NCBI GenBank assembly: GCA_039630545.1
Contig: JBCNUU010000002.1
Span: 31,984-95,983, forward strand
Direction: 5' to 3'
Source: Endomicrobiia bacterium
GTDB lineage: Bacteria > Elusimicrobiota > Endomicrobiia > DTEH01
Length of the DNA stretch: 64,000 nt
Every line of letters begins with the position of its first letter. The stretch's first letter is position 1. The notes under the pieces were generated by a model that was not told where the DNA came from, ran no database searches, and saw only the letters and a list, made by a program, of their open reading frames with translations. The translations under genes and the position numbers were made by a program. Shown one piece after another: positions 21,081 to 29,300 of this stretch.

Positions 21081-22174
21081 ATATATCTTCAGAAAGATTA
21101 TTTGAAAAATTAAAAGAAATAGATTGGTATGAAGATATAGAAAGAATAACAAAAGAATTAATCAAACATAACATGAATTTTTATTTTGTTGGTGGTACCC
21201 TTAGAGATGCTATTATTTCAATAATTTATAACACCAAATTTAATCCTGAAGACATAGATATAGTAGTAGAAACAGAAAATTATGAAGAATTAATCAAACT
21301 GATTTCCGGTATATCTTTTAATAAAAAAACTTTAATCGTGAAGTATCCTCAATTTTTAACTTTAAGTATCACTTTAATTTCTAAAGAAGATAATACAAAA
21401 AGGATAGATTTATCTTTACCAAGAAAAGAAGAATATGAAAAATGGGGTGCACTCCCTCAAGTAAAACATGGTAGTATAAAGGAAGATTTATTCCGCAGAG
21501 ATTTCTCTATTAATGCTGTTTCTTTAAGGTACGATGTTAATAATCAAAAATTTGAAATTTTGGATTTGTTTAATGGGATACAGGATATATTTAACCGAAA
21601 AATAAGGATTTTACATGAAAAAAGTTTTTTTGATGATCCTACACGAATAATTAGAGCCATAAGATTATCAGCAAAATTAAAGTTTAAATTTGAAAAACAT
21701 ACTTTAAGATTATTAAATGAAGCATTAAATAAAGATGTATTTAAACATATTTCACAGAATAGACTTATAAATGAATTTGTTCACATATTAAAAAAAGGGG
21801 GAAATCTAAAGGTAGTAGCATGTTTATTTAAAAGTTTAAAACTAATTAAAGTTTATGAACCAATAAAAGAGATAATAGAATGTTTTATGAAAAATTATGA
21901 TAAAATAGAACTAGCCAATGTACCCCTTACTTTTGAAGAAAGATATCTTATAAGATTGTTTTATCTACTTGAAAGCCTCTGTAAGGAAAAAGAGAATTTG
22001 GATAATAAAACTAGCAAGTTTAAAAAATATCTCATTCAGCTTAATATTCCTCGTAAAACAAGAGAAAAAATATATAAAGCATTACAAATATTTTCAGGAA
22101 AAACAAAAAAGATAGAACAAATAGAAAACTGGATGAAGTTATATATTATGTTATATAAGAAAAACAAATTTTAA
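21077..22174 (+). CDS. Class II tRNA nucleotidyltransferase (CCA- or A-adding)
   Basis: VGGTLRD...DIDIV, EDLFRRDFSINA, SFFDDPTRIIRAIR. Confidence 0.88.
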   Translation: MNISSERLFEKLKEIDWYEDIERITKELIKHNMNFYFVGGTLRDAIISIIYNTKFNPEDIDIVVETENYEELIKLISGISFNKKTLIVKYPQFLTLSITLISKEDNTKRIDLSLPRKEEYEKWGALPQVKHGSIKEDLFRRDFSINAVSLRYDVNNQKFEILDLFNGIQDIFNRKIRILHEKSFFDDPTRIIRAIRLSAKLKFKFEKHTLRLLNEALNKDVFKHISQNRLINEFVHILKKGGNLKVVACLFKSLKLIKVYEPIKEIIECFMKNYDKIELANVPLTFEERYLIRLFYLLESLCKEKENLDNKTSKFKKYLIQLNIPRKTREKIYKALQIFSGKTKKIEQIENWMKLYIMLYKKNKF

Positions 22175-22312
22175 AAAAACTGCTTTCTTCCTTTCCATTG
22201 TTAGGATCAAACCAGTGGTGATACAAAGTCAACAAAATGTAAAATTTATAATTATCTTATTTTAGACGGAAAAATAAAAAAATAATTAAAATGTAAATTT
22301 TTTGTTAAAAAG

Positions 22313-22341
22313 TTGACATTTTTTAAATTTATATATATAAT
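22313..22341 (+). promoter_or_regulatory. Consensus sigma70 promoter
   Basis: TTGACA(22313-22318)-17 nt-TATAAT(22336-22341), a perfect consensus, in an intergenic gap heading a tightly packed five-gene run. Confidence 0.8.
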
Positions 22342-22381
22342 AACTATAGAAAAGCAAAGCTACGGATATTTAAAAACAAAA

Positions 22382-22825
22382 ATGAAAAAACATTATATTT
22401 ATCGTTTTTTTTATTCTAAAAATATAATTTACATTTTTTTTACTTTAAATTTTTGTATATTAATGTTACTACACTTTTCTTATTCTGAAAGTTCTATTTT
22501 TGATAAAACAATTGTAAATTATACAACTTTTTTACACGAAGGACTTTTAGAAGAACCAAATATTGTTTTTACCAATTTCCCTAATCCCTTTAATAGGTAT
22601 ACTTATATCTACATAAAATTTCCTTATGTTAGCAGCTGTGTATTAAGTATCTATGATTTGTTAGGCAACAAAGTGAAAGAATTTATTTTAACAGAAAATT
22701 CTGAATATCTTATAAAATGGAATGCAACAAATAATAATTCACAAAAAATTTCAACAGGTGGATATATCTGTGTGCTGATGTATAAAAACAGAAAGCTAAT
22801 AAGAAAAATAGGATATACAAGATGA
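22382..22825 (+). CDS. Small exported protein, mostly a T9SS type-A CTD / FlgD-Ig-like domain
   Basis: Hydrophobic N-terminus; NFPNPFN...LSIYDLLGNKVK...WNATN...STGGYI...RKIGY. The track's TTG start at 22313 is the -35 box, so ATG 22382 is used. Confidence 0.72.
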   Translation: MKKHYIYRFFYSKNIIYIFFTLNFCILMLLHFSYSESSIFDKTIVNYTTFLHEGLLEEPNIVFTNFPNPFNRYTYIYIKFPYVSSCVLSIYDLLGNKVKEFILTENSEYLIKWNATNNNSQKISTGGYICVLMYKNRKLIRKIGYTR

Positions 22826-24396
22826 CGAAAATTATTAAAAGAATCATTTTAATATTATTAGGAGCGAATTTTCAATATATATATTCTACTTATACTGGAG
22901 GACAGCCTGGAGAATTTTTGAATTTTGGTGCTTCTGCAAAAGCAATGGCAATTAAAAGTTTCTTTTCTATTTCTAATGATGCTTCGGCTGGATATTACAA
23001 TCCCGCTGGTCTTGTTCAATGCGATAAAAAAGAAATCACTGCCTTGCATACAGAACTTTTTCCAAATACTCAAACTATTTACGATTACATAGGTTTCGTA
23101 TATCCAACAATAAAATATGGTGTGTTCTCTTTAAGTCTGGTGCAGTTGCTTTCTTTGAAATTCGAAAAAATTATAGTAGAATTTGATCCTTCTGGTTCAG
23201 GTGATATAATAAATATTCAACACCAAGGATATTTTGATGATAGACAAATAGGAGTGATATTAAGTTACGGAAAAGAAGTTGTAGAACATATAAATGTGGG
23301 AACATCTTTAAAATATATCACAAGAAAACTGGATATTCATTCAGACACAATGGTAAGTCTTGATGTTTCTGTCTTAGTAATTGGAATAAATTCAAAATTA
23401 CCTTTTTTAAACTTTGCAGCTGGTATTAAAAATCTAATCTCAGCATCAATGAATACAGAAGATAAACTCCCATTAATTTTCAAAATAGGTGGTTCTTATA
23501 GATTTTTAAGAGAAAAATTAATTGTGGGAGTGGATTTAGAAAAAAATGTTAACTCAGAATTCAAATGGATGGTTGGGATAGATTACTGGATATTAACTTT
23601 TTTAGCTTTAAGATTAGGTTTTGAAGGGTTAAGTTATTTAAAAGAAACCACAGCTGGTTTGGGGTTCAAATATCGTGACTACTCTGTAGATTACTCATTT
23701 GGTTACCATGAGTTAGGTTTTTCTCATAGAATCTCTGCTAATATGAAATGGGGAAAATCTGTAAAATTTGACAAGGAAGAAACGATAAAACGCTTTGTAA
23801 ATGAAGCTATAGCAAGATATACCACCGGTCAGTTCTTAGAGGCAACTAAAAGTTTACAATTAGCTTATCAGATAGATCCTAATAAAAAAGAAATTAAAAA
23901 AATGCTTGATAATTTACTTATGATTACAGCATACATTCAAAGAGCCACAGAAGATACAGAAGAACATCAGGGAATAAGAAAAGCTGTTCAAGCTTTAATG
24001 GAAGGTGATTTAACTACTACGGTGAATTCTTTAAGATATGCTTATTACAAAAATCCTGCAAATAAAACTCTTTTACAATTACTAAATCGTATGGAACAAC
24101 TAGCAGGTATGCCTTTAACAGAACCTTATAAAGAAGAAATTGCAGGCTGGACCATAATAGATAAAAAAATATATGAAGCAAGGGAAGATGTCTTAAATGG
24201 AAGATATACTGATGCAATAAGAAAGTGTCAAGAAATACTTAATTTAGAACCTAAAAATACAACTGCTATGGAGATTATGGGTTCAGCTTTCTTTATGATG
24301 AATGAAATTGAAAAAGCAAAAGCTATATGGAAAAAGGTATTAGAACTTGATCCTACAAATAAAGTAGTACAGCAATTTTTAGAAGAGTTAGAATAA
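22822..24396 (+). CDS. PorV/PorQ-family (UPF0164-like) outer-membrane barrel fused to C-terminal TPRs
   Basis: Signal peptide; FLNFGASAKAMA...NDASAGYYNPAGL; barrel ends VDYSF...HRISANMKWG; then about 210 aa of TPR helices. Confidence 0.82.
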   Translation: MTKIIKRIILILLGANFQYIYSTYTGGQPGEFLNFGASAKAMAIKSFFSISNDASAGYYNPAGLVQCDKKEITALHTELFPNTQTIYDYIGFVYPTIKYGVFSLSLVQLLSLKFEKIIVEFDPSGSGDIINIQHQGYFDDRQIGVILSYGKEVVEHINVGTSLKYITRKLDIHSDTMVSLDVSVLVIGINSKLPFLNFAAGIKNLISASMNTEDKLPLIFKIGGSYRFLREKLIVGVDLEKNVNSEFKWMVGIDYWILTFLALRLGFEGLSYLKETTAGLGFKYRDYSVDYSFGYHELGFSHRISANMKWGKSVKFDKEETIKRFVNEAIARYTTGQFLEATKSLQLAYQIDPNKKEIKKMLDNLLMITAYIQRATEDTEEHQGIRKAVQALMEGDLTTTVNSLRYAYYKNPANKTLLQLLNRMEQLAGMPLTEPYKEEIAGWTIIDKKIYEAREDVLNGRYTDAIRKCQEILNLEPKNTTAMEIMGSAFFMMNEIEKAKAIWKKVLELDPTNKVVQQFLEELE

Positions 24397-24408
24397 AGGG
24401 TATAAAAT

Positions 24409-26304
24409 ATGAAATTATTGAAAAAACTCTTTAAATTTTATATAAAATTTCATACAAAAATGGGCAAATTTAAATTTTCAATTCCTTTTCTACTCATCAT
24501 ACTTTCTTTTGATTTATTCAACCAAACAATAGCTACTTTGCCTTCTGAACAGCAGATTTCACCTATTATGCTAATTGAATATGAAACAAAACTGGAACAA
24601 CAAAAAACAGAATACGTACAAAAAAACATACTTGATAAAATTTTCGGTCCTAATAAATCCACAGTGATGATAGATATAACATTAGGTTTAAGAACCACTA
24701 CAACTAAACAACAAGCTTCTGAGAAAAAAATTGATGCAAAACGAAAACTTGGTGAAACAGAATATTTGTTACCTGGAATTCCTAAACCAGGATCTATTAC
24801 TGAGTCTGCTGTTCCAGCTGAAGCTAAGGGTGAAGCTTCTGGAACAGAAGTAGTAGGAGTTAAAACTGAAATAGTAATTGAAAGACAAAATGTAACTGTA
24901 ATATATGATGAAAAAATAAAAGATGAAAAGGTAGAAATAGCAAAAGAGTCAATTATTTCTACTCTTGGCATAAAAAGACCTCAAGATATAGTATTTAAAA
25001 AAGCAAAATTCAAAACAGATCTTTTAAATAAATTCTTAGAAAACATTGTTTTACCTAAGTATTTTATTCCTTTATTGATTACTCTGCTTCTGCTTGCATT
25101 TTTGTTTGGTCCGATAGCTAATTTTTTAAAAAATTATTTAAGAATGTTAAAAGAACGAGCACCTACTGAAATTTCAATAGACTCAAAACTTGCCCGTGAA
25201 GGAGAAACTCCTGAAGGAGAACTTACAGCAGAAAAAGCAACAAGTGGAATCGGTTTATCTGGAGGGCAGTTTGAATCACAGTTTACAGGAAAAGAAAAAG
25301 AAAAGGAAAAAGAGGAAGAAAAGTATATCCCATTTAGCTACATTAATGATGATAATATAAAAAGACTAACATATCTTATAGCAAAAGAAAAACCAGAAGA
25401 TATAGCAATTGTTCTGAGTTATTTAAAACCCGAATATGTTAAACAAATTATAGAAAGTTTTAAACCACACCTTCAGGCCAAAGTGGCTTTAGCTTTAGCT
25501 CAAGCTAGAGAAATTCCACAAGAAGAAGTTATAAGAATGGACAATTATGTAAAAGAAAGAATAGATTTTCTAGTTGGAGGCTTACATCATCTTATTGAAC
25601 TTCTACAGAAGGTAGACAAAACTACAAGAAACAATATCCTTGAATATTTAAAAAACGAAAAACCAGATATCTACAATAAAGTGAGACCTCAAATATTTTT
25701 GTTTGAAGATATTTACGAAATCCCAGATGTTACCTTGCAGGTTATCATAAGAGAACTAAAACCTGAAAATATAGCACGTGCTTTAAGAAATGCGCCACAA
25801 AACTTAATAGAGAAGTTTTTTAAAAATATGTCAGAAGGAGCACAGGCTTTGGTAAAAGAAGAAATGGAATATGGCAGACCTATGACTAAAGAACAGATTG
25901 AAGAAGAACAAAATAAAATATTAGAAGTTATAAGAAAATTAGAACAAGAAGGAAAAGTATATTTAAAAGAAAAAGAAAAAACTTTTTTAATTGATGCTTC
26001 AGAAGTAATGGTATTAACACCCAGAAAAATAGAAGACTCACCTGGATATGAGTATTATATTACAGCAACAGAATTATATCAACAAGGTAATTATGAAGAA
26101 GCCTTTAATTATTTCTCATATGCTACAGAATTAGATCCTCAATTATATGAAGCATATCAATATATGGGAAACATCCTATACGAGTCAGGCAGATACAATG
26201 AAGCACTTTCCTATTATAAAAAAGCCTTGGAATTAAATCCTCAAGATCAAGAACTTGCTAAATGGATAGAAGAGATAGAAAAAAATATATCTTTAACAAT
26301 TTAA
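24409..26304 (+). CDS. Membrane protein with FliF-C-like ring motif, TM, FliG middle and C-terminal domains, and TPRs
   Basis: FliG-like motifs PFSYI, EKPEDIAIVLSYL, GG linker, IFLFEDI, LQVIIRE, FFKNMS..., QNKILEVIRKLEQEGKV; N-terminal split ring-motif-like segment; TM YFIPLLITLLLLAFLFGP. Confidence 0.8.
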   Translation: MKLLKKLFKFYIKFHTKMGKFKFSIPFLLIILSFDLFNQTIATLPSEQQISPIMLIEYETKLEQQKTEYVQKNILDKIFGPNKSTVMIDITLGLRTTTTKQQASEKKIDAKRKLGETEYLLPGIPKPGSITESAVPAEAKGEASGTEVVGVKTEIVIERQNVTVIYDEKIKDEKVEIAKESIISTLGIKRPQDIVFKKAKFKTDLLNKFLENIVLPKYFIPLLITLLLLAFLFGPIANFLKNYLRMLKERAPTEISIDSKLAREGETPEGELTAEKATSGIGLSGGQFESQFTGKEKEKEKEEEKYIPFSYINDDNIKRLTYLIAKEKPEDIAIVLSYLKPEYVKQIIESFKPHLQAKVALALAQAREIPQEEVIRMDNYVKERIDFLVGGLHHLIELLQKVDKTTRNNILEYLKNEKPDIYNKVRPQIFLFEDIYEIPDVTLQVIIRELKPENIARALRNAPQNLIEKFFKNMSEGAQALVKEEMEYGRPMTKEQIEEEQNKILEVIRKLEQEGKVYLKEKEKTFLIDASEVMVLTPRKIEDSPGYEYYITATELYQQGNYEEAFNYFSYATELDPQLYEAYQYMGNILYESGRYNEALSYYKKALELNPQDQELAKWIEEIEKNISLTI

Positions 26305-26322
26305 TTCTAGGAGGAGATTTAG

Positions 26323-29300
26323 ATGAGTATATTTGACAAAATTAAAATTAAATTTTCTCAACAAGATGTCCGAAAGAATGAAATCAGTAATAACACTGAT
26401 TTAGCTAAATCTTCCTGCGTTTCTGCTACTTCACAAAAAGAATCACAAGAAGATTTATCTATGCTTAAAGAAAATCTATTAGCGGAATTCCATTATTTAG
26501 AACAAAAAATACAACAAGAAAGGGAAGAATTGCTTTCAAGGTTAAATTCAAAGGAAGAAGAACTTGTTTCTTTAGAAATGAAATTATCTTCATTAGAATA
26601 TAAAATAAATTTTAATAAAATAGATTTTGGGAAAGAGATTGAAAAAATTAAAAATCAAATTAGTGCTGAATTAGAAAAACTTAATGAAGAATATAATATT
26701 GAAATAACTAAATGGCAAAAAAAATTAGAAAACAAATCCAATGAGATTGAGCAGCTAAGAAACAAAATCATATTAGAAGAAACACAAAATAAAATGCTTA
26801 CAGAACAAAAAAAGCAAGAATGCAAACAAGAAATTGAATTTCTTAATAACAGGGTAGAAAATTTGAAAAAACAATTAGAAGAAGAAAAAGAAAAATTTTT
26901 AAAAAGGATAAACGAAAAAGATGAAGAAATATTGAAATTGAAATCGCTGATAGAGTTAAAAGAAAAACAACTAAAAATAGAAGAAGAAAAATATTTATTG
27001 TTAGCTAAAGATCTTAATGAAAAAAGAATTACTCAAATCTCTGAAATGCAGAGAAAATTTGATGAAAAAATTGAAAATTATAAAAAACTTTATAAAGCAA
27101 AAGAAGAAGAATATTTCACGATAAAAAACATTCTAGAGCAGAAATATCAAGAATGGCAGCAACAACAGGAAGAAATTGTAAGTAATCTACAAAATAAAAA
27201 ACGATTATATGAAGAAAAAATAAATGAATTATCTCAAGAAGTAGAAAAAATAAAAAAAGAATATGAAACAATAATTTTACAAAAAGAAGAGGAAATTAAA
27301 AAATTAAAAGTAGAGATAATGTTAAAAGAAACACAACAAAATGCACTAATAGAGCAAAAAAAGAAAAGTCTAATAGATGAAGAACAAAAGATTCATCAAC
27401 AGATTTGTGAACTAGAACAAAAGTTTATAAAAGAATATGAAAATTACAACAAACTAATTAAAGATAAAGATCAGGAAATAATACAACTGCAAATTTTATA
27501 TCAACAAAGAACTTCGCAGCTAAAAGAAGAATGGGACAAAAAAATAAAGAAACTTCAACAGGAAAAAGAAAACTTAGAAAAAGAAATAATAGATTTAACA
27601 AATTTACTAGATACTACAAAAAATAAGTTTTTTAAAATAATTGAGGATAAAAAAGATTACATCAGAACACTTAAAAAACAATATTATGAAAAAACAGAAA
27701 TTTTCAAAAAACAATTTGAAGAATTAATAGAAAAAGCACTCAAAGAAAAACAACATCTTGAAGAGGAATATAAAATAAAAGAAAAAGAATTTACAACCAG
27801 AAAAAATGAATTAGAAGCAATTTTAAAGAAAAAAGAAGAAGAGATACTTTATCTTAATTCTAAAATTGAAGCTGAAATTGAAAATCATCAAAAGAAATTG
27901 CTCTTACTTCAAAAGCAATTTGAATATGAAAACAGACCACTTTATATTCGAATTTCTAAACTAAAAGAAGAAATAAAAAACAAAGAGGCTAAGTTAAAAG
28001 CATTCATTGAGAAAAAGGATAAAGAAATAGAACAAATTGTAAAAGATTATGAGAATTTTAAAAATGAAGCTGAAAAAAGACATTTAGAAAAAATAAATGA
28101 GATAGAAAATCGCAAAAAACAATATGAAACAAAGATATTCAATTTACAAAATACATTATTAGAATACGAAACTCAATTTAAAGAAAAAATAGCTCAGTTA
28201 GAAGAAAAACTTCAACAAGCCACTAAAGAATTATCTAATATAGAAGAAAATTTTGAAAAAGAAAAACAAAAAATCATTGAAGCTAATAAAGAAGAAATTA
28301 AAAAAATAGAAACAGAAATAGCAAGTTTGCAAAGCAAAATAAATGATTTATCAGAGTATCAAACTAAAATTGAGCAAGAAAAAAATACAGAGTTAAATGA
28401 ATGGAAAAACAAATTAGAAAGTTTAAAACAACTAAAAGGAAAAGAATTAGAAGATCTTCAAAAAAATGCAGAAAAAGAGTATTTAAAATATGAACAGGAG
28501 TTAAAAAATATAGAAGAAAAGATTTCTTATAAGAAAAAAGAATACGATAAAATTTTATATGAAAAACAAAAGAATTTAGAAACTTTAATAAGCAATTTAG
28601 AACAAAAAAAATTAACTTATGAACAACAGTTATTGGATTTAAAGAAGCATTGGGAAAACAATCTGACACCTTTAATAAATAAGAAAAAAGAATTACAAAA
28701 TGAGGTTATTTTATTAGAGACAAATAGTAAAAATTTAATAGAGAATTATATAAAAGAAATAAATGACTTAAAATTAGCATATGAAGAACAACAGAAAACT
28801 TACCAAATTCAAGAGAATCAAAAAAAAGAAGAAATTAAAAAAATAAAACAAGAGCTTTTTGAAAAAATTAAAAATAAGCAGCAAGAAATAGAAGAAATCA
28901 CACAATTCTATACTCAAAAATTATCAGAACTCGAAAACAACAAAAACAATATAATATTCCAGAATAAAAAAATTTTGGAAAATTTAGAATTAGAAAAGGA
29001 AAAAGTAAATAATGAATTTGAAAATAAAAAAAGAGAACTACAAAAAGAAATAGAAAATTTAGAAAATAAAATAGTAGAAATAAATCATACTATCAAAATT
29101 CAAACGGATGAAAAAGAAAAAGAAAAAGAATCTTTAATTATACAACTGAAAGAATTACAAAAAGAAAAAGAAGCAAAACTTTTTAAACTGCAGAAAACTT
29201 CAGAACTCATATCAGATCGCTTAGAAAGGAGAATCAAATTTTATACTGAAACATTAAATTCTTTAAGAAATGAATATGAGAAGTTAATTTCTCAAAAACA

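Noticed and set aside
22175..22312. Slightly GC-richer intergenic stretch with a repeated AAAATGTAAA and a reverse TTGACT; possible sRNA or antisense promoter
   Set aside because: No convincing stem-loop, terminator or properly spaced -10; the repeat is low complexity.
22313..22381. TTG-initiated N-terminal extension of the CTD-like ORF
   Set aside because: The TTG is part of the -35 hexamer of a consensus promoter, so it lies upstream of the predicted transcript.
24409..26304. Calling this fliG of a flagellar operon
   Set aside because: It lacks FliG-N, has a TM and TPRs, has altered EHPQ and torque motifs, and no fliE/H/I/M/N or flg genes flank it.
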